Positions 16,300 through 25,093 of a DNA stretch of 32,000 nt are shown here, piece by piece; positions within the stretch are counted from its first letter, which is position 1; each line of letters begins with the position of its first letter. Source of the stretch: Thermodesulfobacterium commune DSM 2178 (GTDB lineage Bacteria; Desulfobacterota; Thermodesulfobacteria; Thermodesulfobacteriales; Thermodesulfobacteriaceae). The translations under genes and the position numbers were made by a program. The DNA lies in NCBI RefSeq assembly GCF_000734015.1, contig NZ_CP008796.1:540001-572000 (forward strand). Direction: 5' to 3'. Under the pieces are notes generated by a model. That model was not told where the DNA came from. It ran no database searches and saw only the letters and a list, made by a program, of their open reading frames with translations.

Positions 16300-16718
16300 C
16301 TCTGAGCACTTTCCTTAGCTATTTGGTCTACCTTTTCGTTTAAGGGGTCTCCACTGTGGGCAGCAACCTTTTGAAAAAAAACCTTATGAAACTGAAGAAG
16401 TTCATCAAGTTTTTCCCATAAGTCCCTATTTTTAATCGGTTTTCCGTCTGCAGTCCTATAACCTCTTTTCTTCCAGTTAGAAAGCCACTCTGTGGCCCCT
16501 TTTATCACATACTCAGAATCACAAAAAATGATAATTTCAGTTGGTTCTTTAAAAAAGCTCAAGGCCTGGAGGACTGCCTCAAGCTCCATACGATTGTTGG
16601 TGGTTACTTCTTCCCCACCTGTAATCAAATGTTCTCGACCATCATCCAAAATCAAAACCGCCCAGCCTCCAGGACCTGGATTCCCCAAACAAGCCCCATC
16701 TACATAAACTTTTATCAT
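16281..16718 (-). CDS. rnhA: Ribonuclease HI
   Basis: VYVDGACLGNPGPGGWA, TNNRMELEA, FCDSEYV, WKKRGYRTADGKPIKNRDLW, AHSGDPLNEKVD. All RNase H1 catalytic contexts (D, E, D, D) are present. Confidence 0.92.
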   Translation of the reverse strand: MIKVYVDGACLGNPGPGGWAVLILDDGREHLITGGEEVTTNNRMELEAVLQALSFFKEPTEIIIFCDSEYVIKGATEWLSNWKKRGYRTADGKPIKNRDLWEKLDELLQFHKVFFQKVAAHSGDPLNEKVDQIAKESAQRWKKDI

Positions 16719-16732
16719 AAACTTTATACAAA

Positions 16733-18355
16733 CTAAACCCTAAATTTCTCTACCGCGGTCTTAAGCTCATTCCCAAGTTTGGCAACCTCAGTTGTGGTAG
16801 CAACTACCTGTTCTACTCCTGCCTCAAGCTCCTTGGCTGCCTCTGCCACACTCCCCACATCCTTTGCCACAGCCTCTGCTGTCACACTCATCTCCTCTGT
16901 CGCACTCGCTATACTCTGTATCATCTCCTGCAACCTCTCTGCCGCATCTGCAATCCTACTAAGAATCCCTGCTGCCTCCTCACTAAGCCTTGCACCACTC
17001 TCAACCTTAGCCCCTATCTCCTCTACCTCCCTACTCACCTCCTCTACCACTCCCTTTATCTCCCTTATAACACCTGCTATCTCATCAGTCGATTTGTTGG
17101 TCCTCTCCGCAAGCTTCCTTATCTCACCTGCAACAACCGCAAACGACTTTCCATGCTCCCCTGCTCTTGCTGCCTCAATCGTTGCATTCAATGCAAGTAA
17201 ATTGGTCTGCTCTGCCACATCCTTGATAAACTCTACCACACTCTCAATAGCCCTGGTCCTCTCCTCTAAACTGTACATAACTTCCTTCAACTTCTCTGCA
17301 GTCCTTTCTATTACCTTAACCTCACTTGCTGTTTTTAAGGTATAATTCTCTCCTTCCCTTGCAATCTCAGCTGTCTTTTTACTCTCTTCAAGTATGTTGG
17401 TTGTGTTTTTAGCTATGTCAACCACCGTAATAGACATCTGTTCTGCTGCGCTTGCAATCTGAGTTGCCTTTTGAGTCTGATTCTCAATACTTGCACTAAA
17501 CTGCTTGGTTATGGCAGATAACTCCTCACTTGACCCAGCAAGGGCAACTGACACATGCTTGACCTCCTCTATAAGATTCCTGAGGCTAACCAGTGCCTCT
17601 CTGAGATCAGCACTCATCAACCCTATTTCATCTCGACTGTCAACAGCTATCTCAACCGCAAGGTCCCCTTCCCTTACCCTTGCCAAAGCCTGCCTTAACC
17701 TCTCGATAGAACCCCTGATAGATTTAGTCACACCAAAAACTACAACAAGAGAAACTAAAACAAAAATTCCTCCAAATGCAAACAAAATAACAAAAAGGCG
17801 TTTGATACAATTCAAAGCTTCATGACCTCTTTCGTCAGCAGTTTTTGCATAAAAGGCAACCAGCTCGTTAAGAGCTTTTTCAATCGTCTTGGTTTTAGGA
17901 ATCACCTCTTTTTCATAAAAAGAGATAGCCTCCAAAGTTTTACCTGCTAAGACAAGTTCAAGGGTTTTGTTGGTTAACTCTCTTGCTGAAACTATAGAAT
18001 CTTGCACGTTTTGCAAAAGTCTTTTTCCTTCCTCTGATCGGGTAACAGACTTAAGAAAATCCATAGCTTTCTTATACTCCTCTCGAGCTTTAAGGATTTC
18101 GTTATAATACTCCTTTCTCTTTTCTGGTTCATTGGTTAAAAGCATTAGAGAAACATTACCAATAACGTTTACCATAATCTCCTTTCTTATTTTTGCAGCA
18201 AATTCGATCTTTTCTGCTCTTTCTCCCAAATCCTCAACATCTTTTTTCACAACATACAAAGAGTATAAAGTATAAAGAGATACAAGGCCCACTATCAAAA
18301 AAATAACCCCAAAACCAGCAATAAGTTTTTTGGTAATACTCCAGTTTTTGAACAT
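16733..18355 (-). CDS. mcp: Methyl-accepting chemotaxis protein (4-helix-bundle sensor, 2 TM, HAMP, MA domain)
   Basis: TM1 [23 protein letters not shown]2 [27 protein letters not shown] ([22 protein letters not shown]). The hairpin-tip signature is [38 protein letters not shown]. Confidence 0.93.
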   Translation of the reverse strand: MFKNWSITKKLIAGFGVIFLIVGLVSLYTLYSLYVVKKDVEDLGERAEKIEFAAKIRKEIMVNVIGNVSLMLLTNEPEKRKEYYNEILKAREEYKKAMDFLKSVTRSEEGKRLLQNVQDSIVSARELTNKTLELVLAGKTLEAISFYEKEVIPKTKTIEKALNELVAFYAKTADERGHEALNCIKRLFVILFAFGGIFVLVSLVVVFGVTKSIRGSIERLRQALARVREGDLAVEIAVDSRDEIGLMSADLREALVSLRNLIEEVKHVSVALAGSSEELSAITKQFSASIENQTQKATQIASAAEQMSITVVDIAKNTTNILEESKKTAEIAREGENYTLKTASEVKVIERTAEKLKEVMYSLEERTRAIESVVEFIKDVAEQTNLLALNATIEAARAGEHGKSFAVVAGEIRKLAERTNKSTDEIAGVIREIKGVVEEVSREVEEIGAKVESGARLSEEAAGILSRIADAAERLQEMIQSIASATEEMSVTAEAVAKDVGSVAEAAKELEAGVEQVVATTTEVAKLGNELKTAVEKFRV

Positions 18356-18395
18356 AGTGTTCCTCCTTTATTTGAAAAAATTTATGTTGTTATAT

Positions 18396-18869
18396 CTATT
18401 TTTTCCCAAGACCAAACTCAACTATCAGGTCAAGATTGTCTCCTAAAGTATACAAAAAGGAAACTCTGGGGATTTTGCTGGGTATTTCTATTTTGTGGTC
18501 CACTCCAGTTACGATAGAAGGGGTAGAACCTTCAAGTTTTAGTCCAAATTTTTCAAGCTCTCTTCTAAAAACACCGCTTATCTGGTTGGTAAGCTCTCCT
18601 GCGGCATCGACTGCTTCTTTGTTAAGTTCTGCTACCTCTTCTCCTAAGATATTTTTCATAAATTCAAAAATTATACCTTTATTGTAGCTAACGATAAGTA
18701 CGCCTTCAAGTTTGTCTGAAGCTAATCCTACGATTACCGACACATCTTTAAACCCTTCGTTATCCTGCCTTACCTTGGTCTCTTTTAAAACCGGTGTCTC
18801 CATAAGATACATTCCTAATACTTCTTCTACAGCTTTTTTTACAGAATCAGCAATAGCCTGAGCATTCAT
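18396..18869 (-). CDS. cheX: CheX-type CheY-P phosphatase (CheC/CheX/FliY family)
   Basis: 157 aa with a single family motif, DAAGELTNQISG (D/S-x3-E-x2-N). Lies in a chemotaxis-gene context. SD GGAGGAGGG precedes the ATG. Confidence 0.75.
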   Translation of the reverse strand: MNAQAIADSVKKAVEEVLGMYLMETPVLKETKVRQDNEGFKDVSVIVGLASDKLEGVLIVSYNKGIIFEFMKNILGEEVAELNKEAVDAAGELTNQISGVFRRELEKFGLKLEGSTPSIVTGVDHKIEIPSKIPRVSFLYTLGDNLDLIVEFGLGKK

Positions 18870-18959
18870 GGACCTCTACCCTCCTCCTGCAATTTTATGT
18901 TAGTTTTTGCTTAATATATGTTGCGTTGTATAGTAATAATATGGACAACAACAAAATAA

Positions 18960-19959
18960 AGAAGAACAAAGACTCCATGGCTCTTAGGCTTAAAAGCCTC
19001 AAAAGGAGTCTGTCAGTCTTTCCCTCAACTCCCAATAAGTTGGTTAGGCTACATAAGCCTCTGCAAATAACCCCTCTAAATCTGACACCAAAGACGCTAA
19101 AATCCTTGCACTCTTCGCTCAATCTAACCCCCAATTCCTTAATCCCCTCCCACCAGATCATCACCTGAGAAACCTCTCTCGTCTCATCCAAAAACTCAAA
19201 AAGAATAATCTTTTGCCAAAACACAAATCAAATACGCCCTCTCCGTCCTCTTCCCCGAAGCTGAAAAACATTTCAACATCTTTACCCTCTCCTTCCTTAA
19301 CATCCTCCTTAACTTCCCAGGAGCCCACTATCTCAAAAAAGCCTCTCCCAAAGACCTCTCCAATATCATCAACGCCTCCCCCCAAAGGTAGAACTCCTTC
19401 CTTCTCCCCTCAAGACATCATAAACCTTGCTAAAAACTCCATCGGTATCCACAACCACTGCCTTTCTCAAACCCTCATCTTCTACATCGAAAAGTGTCTC
19501 TTCCTTGAACCAAGAATCCAAAAACTCGAAAATATGCTCCTTGAAGAAATAGACCATGATCAAAATCAACAAATAAAGCTTCATTTTATCGCTGAAGTAA
19601 AAGATGTTCTTAGATTTTCCAGTGCAAAGAAACTCATAAAATATGCTGGCACAGACCCAGTAATAAAACAGTCTGGCAAGTTTAGGGTGAATAAACACAT
19701 ATCCAAGCAAGGAAGTCCTTGGCTTAGAAACATTCTTTTTCAGATGGCAGTAGGAGTAGTAACCTGGGAACCTTATTTCAGAGAGTATTTTTTGCGCAAA
19801 AAGAAGGAATTTAAGAGCTATAAAAAGGCGATGGTAGCAGTAATAAACAAGCTTATCAGGGTGATTTATGGCATTTGCAAAAATGGGGCTTATTTTAATC
19901 CGAGTTTGAGTTTTTATTCTAAAAATTATGTTTCTATTTGTGAGGTATCTCATGCTTAA
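18960..19959 (+). mobile_element. Decayed, 5'-truncated IS110-family insertion sequence relic
   Basis: IS110 transposase motifs are spread over two reading frames (see the pseudogene entry and findings). No recognisable DEDD N-terminus. Only 73 bp of non-coding DNA lies downstream of the transposase stop. Confidence 0.8.
19057..19959 (+). pseudogene. IS110-family transposase pseudogene (two compensating frameshifts, internal deletions)
   Basis: Frame 1 reads SKSDTKDAKILALFAQ...LRNLSRLIQKL. Frame 3 (19209-19391) reads FAKTQIKYALSVLFPEAEKHF...LLNFPGAHYLKKASPKDLSNII. Frame 1 resumes with QDIINLAKNSIG...FIAEVKDVLRFSSAKKLIKYAGTDPVIKQSGKF...ISKQGSPWLRN...KKAMVAVINKLIRVIYGICKNG, the Transposase_20-type C-terminal domain. 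Confidence 0.85.
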
Positions 19960-20032
19960 AACCTATTTCCTGATAGTTGACCCCTTTTATTTCTTTAAAG
20001 TTTTATAGTTTAAAATAATTTTAATACTGAAT

Positions 20033-20521
20033 TTAAAGCCGAAGCAGTTTGTCTACATCAAAAATGAGCAATATTTTATCTGGTAGTTGATAAATGTTTT
20101 TTACATACTCTTTTGAAATCCCTTCTATCTTTTCTGGTGTCTTTTCTATCTTATCCACAGGTACCTCCATTATATCTCCAATTCTTTCAACCACAAAAGA
20201 AACCGGTGCCTCTCCTTCAGTTTTAAGAATAAGATTTACGGTGGGTTTTATATTTTCCTTCAAACCCACCATTTTTGCAAGGTCCATAACAGTAACGATC
20301 TGCCCTCTTAAATTCATGATTCCTAAGATAAACTCATCTGCCAAAGGAACTGGCGTTATCTCTGTATCCTTGTTTATTTCCATGATAATATCCGCCGGTA
20401 TCCCACATAAAAAATTCCCTAAATAAAACGTTACAAAGGTTATGGTGTCAATGGTTGCAAGCTTATGATCTTTTTCCTCTGATAAAATAACCTTTTCTTT
20501 CTCTCTCTTCATTATATTCAT
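20033..20521 (-). CDS. cheW: Chemotaxis coupling protein CheW
   Basis: FVTFYLGNFLCGIPADIIMEI...ITPVPLADEFILGIMNLRGQIVTVMDL...VERIGDIMEV. 162 aa, lying 17 nt downstream of cheA. Confidence 0.9.
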   Translation of the reverse strand: MNIMKREKEKVILSEEKDHKLATIDTITFVTFYLGNFLCGIPADIIMEINKDTEITPVPLADEFILGIMNLRGQIVTVMDLAKMVGLKENIKPTVNLILKTEGEAPVSFVVERIGDIMEVPVDKIEKTPEKIEGISKEYVKNIYQLPDKILLIFDVDKLLRL

Positions 20522-20538
20522 CTTTTAAAACCTCCTTT

Positions 20539-23235
20539 TTAACTTAAGAGTTGTTTTATCCTTTCAAGCACTTGGTCTCTTTGTAGCTTCACTTCATAGC
20601 CGTTTGCCCCAAACTCAAATACCTTCCTTTTGACTTCCTCCCCTGCAAGGGCTGTTACTACAATCACAGGAAGGTTTTTAAACTGAGGATTTCCTCTTAA
20701 CTCTTTTAACAACTCAAACCCATCCATCTCTGGCATCTCTATGTCGGTTATTACCAAATCAAAGTTAGGGTCATTATGTAATTTTTCTATCGCTTCACGT
20801 CCGTTCTCTACACACTCAACCTCAAAACCCATCGCCTCTAAATAGTTCTTCATCATGTTCCTGAAAAACGGTGAATCCTCTGCCAATAAAATCCTCTTAG
20901 CAGTATGAACCTCCTCTTTAAATTTAACCACAAACCACTCTGGGTCATACATCTCTATTACCTTGTAAATGTCTATAAAAAGCACAGTTTTCCCGTCTAT
21001 TATCTTATGTCCTAATATCCCAGGATTGTTGTAAAGCCCTTCCTCTATTTCAAGGGTGGTCTCAATGGTATCAACTATGCTTGAACAAAGAATAGCACAA
21101 GTTTTGCTTCTCTCTGTAAAGAATAGCACTATGTAACTATCTTGATAAGGTAGCCCTTGCAAGGGCAAATAATTTTCTAATCTTATCACAGGAACTACCT
21201 GGTCCTCATAGATGATAACCTCTTTACCACCTACGATCTGTATGCTATCCGCTTTAACTTTATCAAGCCTTGAGATAAGTGCTATAGGTAATGCAAGTCT
21301 GTCTTGTCCTACATCAAATAACAACAAGAAATAGGTTTCATCTTTTGAGGTTTTAATCGTAATTCTTTCAGCATCAAGCCTTTTTTCTACCTCTTCCACA
21401 CTTAATCCAATAAACTTTGATAATCCAACCACATCAAGAATTAAAGCTAACGCTCCATCTCCCATAATCGTTGCTCCACTGTAAACCGGTATATCTTTAA
21501 ACCACTTACCTAAAGGCTTAACCACTATTTCCTCTGAATTTAAAATCTCATCTACAAGCAACCCTAAAACTCTTTCTCCTGTGGTTAATATCACAAGATT
21601 TTTAGACAAAACCTCTCCGTTTGAGCTCTGTTTCAATATCTCTGAAAGCTTCAATACCGGTATAATCTCTCCTCTTAGTCTATAAAAATCTGTAGACCCT
21701 ACCTTTAAAAGGTCTTTATTAGGGTCCACATTTACAAGTTCTTTAAGATTAACCTGAGGAATTGCATACTTGTAACCACCTGACTTAACGATAAGTGCAG
21801 GAATGATAGCAAGGGTAAGAGGAATTTTTACCCTAACCGTTGTTCCCTTACCATAGATGGTGTTTATCTCAATCGTTCCTCCAAGTTTTTCGATGTTTGT
21901 TTTTACCACATCCATCCCGACTCCACGACCAGACACCTGAGTAACCTTTTCAGCTGTAGAAAATCCAGGCTTAAAAATCAAAGCAAGTAAATCACTCTCC
22001 CTTGCTCTTTGGGCTTCCTCTGCTGTCAAAAAACCCTTCTCTACCGCTTTCTTACGAATTTTCTCTACATCAATACCTCTTCCGTCATCCTCGATTTCTA
22101 TCACTACTTGACCACCTTCCTGATACGCCCTTAAATAAATCGTTCCCTCTTCCCTTTTACCAACTTGCACCCTCTCTTCAGGAGGTTCTATCCCATGATC
22201 GATAGCGTTTCTAACTAAATGCGTAAGAGGGTCTTTTATAGCCTCAATTATTGAACGATCAAGCTCTGTTTCTGTCCCCTCAAGATGAAGATTTACCTTT
22301 TTCCCTAAGGATTTTGCAAGATCTCTAACTATCCTTGGAAATTTATTGAAAACTGTCCCGATGGGTTGCATCCTTGTTTTCATTATGGTTTCTTGCATCT
22401 CAGTGGTAATCATAGAAAGTGCTTGAACACTTCTTGTAAGGTCGTCATCAAGTATCTTTTGAGAAAGCTGAACCACCCTGTTCCTTGCTAAAACAAGTTC
22501 TCCTGCCAAATTCATAAGCTGGTCTAAAAGCTTTACATCAACCTTAATATGTGTTTCTGTTAACTCTACTTGAGGAGTAGCTACCTGTGGACTTTCTTTT
22601 TTCTCTTTTTTATCATCAAGCTTTTCAACCATTTTTTGAGTTTTTTCTTCCTTCTTTTCCTCTTTTTCAACAGATTCCTCTAAGGTTTTCTTAGGAATAG
22701 CTTCTTCAGAAGGAACTTGTAAGGGTTCCTGCTGAGTTTCCTGAGAGGTTTCTTGCTGGGTTCCCTGAGAGATTTTTTCAGAAATTTCTTGAACAGGTTC
22801 TTCTATAGGTTTTTCGCTAGACTTCTCTTCTTTTATCCCCTTTTTAATCTTTTCTGTAAAGTTAGAAAGAGTTACTAAAAATTCAAGAAGATTATCATCT
22901 ATAGGCTCTTCTTTATGGGTCTCTAAATGCTGAACGATAAACTTTATCCAGTCAACCGCCTTAAGCAACATGTCTATGATGCTATCATCTGGTTTAAGCA
23001 AGCCATCTCTAATCTTTGAGAGAATTTCCTCTGAAAAATGAGCGATAGATTCAAGAGACTTAAAACCAAAGAATCCAGAAGCCCCCTTTAGAGAATGCAT
23101 GCTTCTAAAAAGAGAACGAATCACCTCTAAATTTTCTTTGTCCTTTTCTAATTCAAGAAACCCCTCTTCTAAATTAGCAATCGCCTCCTTTGCTTCAACC
23201 AAAAAATCTTGTAAAATATCTTCATCAAACATCAT
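20539..23235 (-). CDS. cheA: Chemotaxis histidine kinase CheA with a second CheW-like domain and a C-terminal receiver (CheA-CheV-like hybrid)
   Basis: Hpt SMHSLKGASGFFG (His47), then a ~100-aa E/K/Q-rich linker. Dimerisation/HATPase motifs are LTHLVRNAIDHGIE, IEDDGRGID and GRGVGMDVV. P5 is LGLLVDEILNSEEIVVKPLG. A second CheW-like domain begins YFLLLFDVGQDRLALPIALISRL. REC is RILLAEDSPFF...DLVITDIEMPEMDG...PVIVVTA. Confidence 0.92.
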   Translation of the reverse strand: MMFDEDILQDFLVEAKEAIANLEEGFLELEKDKENLEVIRSLFRSMHSLKGASGFFGFKSLESIAHFSEEILSKIRDGLLKPDDSIIDMLLKAVDWIKFIVQHLETHKEEPIDDNLLEFLVTLSNFTEKIKKGIKEEKSSEKPIEEPVQEISEKISQGTQQETSQETQQEPLQVPSEEAIPKKTLEESVEKEEKKEEKTQKMVEKLDDKKEKKESPQVATPQVELTETHIKVDVKLLDQLMNLAGELVLARNRVVQLSQKILDDDLTRSVQALSMITTEMQETIMKTRMQPIGTVFNKFPRIVRDLAKSLGKKVNLHLEGTETELDRSIIEAIKDPLTHLVRNAIDHGIEPPEERVQVGKREEGTIYLRAYQEGGQVVIEIEDDGRGIDVEKIRKKAVEKGFLTAEEAQRARESDLLALIFKPGFSTAEKVTQVSGRGVGMDVVKTNIEKLGGTIEINTIYGKGTTVRVKIPLTLAIIPALIVKSGGYKYAIPQVNLKELVNVDPNKDLLKVGSTDFYRLRGEIIPVLKLSEILKQSSNGEVLSKNLVILTTGERVLGLLVDEILNSEEIVVKPLGKWFKDIPVYSGATIMGDGALALILDVVGLSKFIGLSVEEVEKRLDAERITIKTSKDETYFLLLFDVGQDRLALPIALISRLDKVKADSIQIVGGKEVIIYEDQVVPVIRLENYLPLQGLPYQDSYIVLFFTERSKTCAILCSSIVDTIETTLEIEEGLYNNPGILGHKIIDGKTVLFIDIYKVIEMYDPEWFVVKFKEEVHTAKRILLAEDSPFFRNMMKNYLEAMGFEVECVENGREAIEKLHNDPNFDLVITDIEMPEMDGFELLKELRGNPQFKNLPVIVVTALAGEEVKRKVFEFGANGYEVKLQRDQVLERIKQLLS

Positions 23236-23399
23236 AAAATTACCTCCCTCATTTTAATGACATTTTTCTCTTATATAAACAAAATTTTATTAAAAAAAAA
23301 ATTTTTGTCAAACCTCGATTTAGATAAACTTATCTATTAATTTGTGTTGTTATTAAGCTAAAGTTGGATTTTTTTGATAGTGTGCTAAAATAGTTAGTC

Positions 23400-24332
23400 G
23401 TGAATAAAGCTTTTTTTTATCTTGGAATAACCATTCTTTTTTTTAGTTCCTACGAGGTAGTAAGTAGAACACTTACCGGTTTAGTCAACCCTTTTCAGGT
23501 CGTTTTTCTAAGGTTTTTAATAGGAGGTATATTGCTTTTACCTTTTGCCTTGTCTAAGGTTAGAGTTTCAGGATTTAATCTTAGCCTTAAAGACCTTTTT
23601 TATCTTTTTCTTTTAGGTTTGATTAACATAGTCTTTAGCATGTGTCTTTTACAACTTGGCATCAACCAGACTAAAGCCAGCTTAGCTGCGGTGATCTTTA
23701 GTTCAAACCCTATTTTTGTAGCCCTTTCTGCTTATTTTTTACTAAAAGAACCACTAACCTATAAAAAGGTTTTAGGTTTAGTTGTAGGTTTTTCAGGCTT
23801 AATCTTTACCTTTTATAAAGATTTAAACATAGACTATAGTTATTCTTATGGGATACTATACCTGCTTCTTTCAGCTTTAACTTATGGGATATACACCGCT
23901 TTTGCCCAAAAGATAAACCATAAGATAGATAATTTAGTTATGAATTCTATCTCCTTTCTCATAGGAAGCCTGCTTTTGGTACCCATTCTCTTGACTTTTC
24001 ATCAGCCGCTCTTTTCGGTTCCTAAACAAGCCTGGCCTTCTATCCTTTATATAGGAATTTTTGTAACTGGAGTAGCTTATTATACCTATTTTAAAGGACT
24101 AAGTCTGACTAATGCCAGTCGAGGGTCCACCATATTTTTTATCAAACCAATATTAGCAAGTTTTTTAGCTTGGCTTTTCCTTTCAGAAAAAATAACCTTG
24201 CAGTTAATCTTAGGAGGATTTATAACAATCCTCGGTATTTTTTTGGTTCAAAAAGAAGGTAAGTCAAAACTGGAACTATCTGAAAAGAAAGCAAAAACTC
24301 TTTTTTCTGGAGATAAACGGTGGATAAGTTAA
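23400..24332 (+). CDS. EamA/DMT-superfamily transporter
   Basis: About ten predicted TM segments in two EamA-like halves, 310 aa, GTG start. No substrate is inferable. Confidence 0.7.
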   Translation: MNKAFFYLGITILFFSSYEVVSRTLTGLVNPFQVVFLRFLIGGILLLPFALSKVRVSGFNLSLKDLFYLFLLGLINIVFSMCLLQLGINQTKASLAAVIFSSNPIFVALSAYFLLKEPLTYKKVLGLVVGFSGLIFTFYKDLNIDYSYSYGILYLLLSALTYGIYTAFAQKINHKIDNLVMNSISFLIGSLLLVPILLTFHQPLFSVPKQAWPSILYIGIFVTGVAYYTYFKGLSLTNASRGSTIFFIKPILASFLAWLFLSEKITLQLILGGFITILGIFLVQKEGKSKLELSEKKAKTLFSGDKRWIS

Positions 24333-25093
24333 GGTTGAATAAATTTTTAGCTGCCTGTGGGATTACTTCCAGAAGAAAGGCAGATGAACTTATTAAACAA
24401 GGTAAGGTTTTAGTAAATGGAGAAGTTGTATCAGACCTATCTTATAAAGTTGACCCACAAAAAGACGAAGTAATAGTAGAAGGCAAAAAAATTTCGTTAC
24501 CAGAAAAAGTCTATTACCTATTCTACAAGCCTAAAGGGTTTTTAACCTCGCTTTATGATCCTCACCACAGAGAAACCATCAGGTGTTTTTTAGAAAAACT
24601 ACCTCAGAGAGTATTTCCGGTAGGTAGACTTGATAAATACAGCGAAGGGTTACTTTTACTCACCAATGACGGTGATTTAGGAAACTTTTTACTTCACCCT
24701 AAATACGGAGTAGAAAGACGTTACTTGGTTTGGGTAAGTCCTAAATTGGAAGAACCGAAAATAAAAAATTTACTAAAACATGGAATTCATCTTGAAGGGA
24801 AGTTGGTTAAACCTCTTGTTTTTAGGTTAGTTAAAAATGAAAATAAAAGCTATGTTTATGAGGTTTGTGTAAAAGAAGGGATAAAAAGAGAAGTTAGAAA
24901 AATGGTAGCTTATTTAGGAGGTAAAGTTCACAGGCTGCTACGTGTTCAGTTTGGCCCCCTTATGCTTGGAGACCTAAAACCTGGAGAAATAAGGCCTCTT
25001 TCTAAGTCTGAATTGCAAAATCTTTTTAAATTTGTAGCTCAACTAAAGAACTCTAAAAGTTTAGCCAGAGCTTTTTCAGGTGAAGAGACATAA
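24320..25093 (+). CDS. rluB: Pseudouridine synthase, RsuA/RluB family (S4 domain plus catalytic domain)
   Basis: S4 domain RLNKFLAACGITSRRKADELIKQGKVLVNGE. Catalytic Asp motif VGRLDKYSEGLLLLTNDG. GTG start overlaps the upstream gene by 13 nt. Confidence 0.85.
   Translation: MDKLRLNKFLAACGITSRRKADELIKQGKVLVNGEVVSDLSYKVDPQKDEVIVEGKKISLPEKVYYLFYKPKGFLTSLYDPHHRETIRCFLEKLPQRVFPVGRLDKYSEGLLLLTNDGDLGNFLLHPKYGVERRYLVWVSPKLEEPKIKNLLKHGIHLEGKLVKPLVFRLVKNENKSYVYEVCVKEGIKREVRKMVAYLGGKVHRLLRVQFGPLMLGDLKPGEIRPLSKSELQNLFKFVAQLKNSKSLARAFSGEET

Noticed and set aside
16779-17825. 188-aa and 106-aa plus-strand ORFs rich in S/A/T/L, antisense to the MCP gene
   Set aside because: These low-complexity translations are the mirror image of an Ala/Glu-rich coiled-coil coding strand, and C-rich DNA has few stop codons. 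The MCP on the opposite strand has unmistakable family signatures.
19205-19391. Possibility that the two frame switches in the IS110 gene are programmed ribosomal frameshifts
   Set aside because: To my knowledge IS110-family transposases are single-ORF proteins without programmed frameshifting. There are two opposite shifts at simple homopolymers, plus deletions and 5' truncation. Decay is the simpler explanation.
18895-19953. ORFs in the IS relic region: minus-strand ORFs 18895-19224, 19161-19385 and 19369-19953, and plus-strand ORF 18926-19168
   Set aside because: None has recognisable motifs. They are open only because of the skewed composition. The IS110 motifs in plus frames 1 and 3 explain the region.
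22700-22790. Imperfect short repeat (…ttcctgagaggtttcttgctgggttccctgagag…) inside cheA
   Set aside because: It is an in-frame duplication encoding QETSQETQQE within a low-complexity interdomain linker. It is not an independent repeat element or regulatory site.
23372-23399. TTGGAT-16-(TG)cTAAAAT promoter-like element just upstream of the EamA transporter GTG start
   Set aside because: The -10 hexamer ends only 8 nt before the GTG. That implies a leaderless mRNA starting at or after a non-AUG codon, which is implausible. Either the start codon or the promoter call would be wrong, so I did not report it as a feature.
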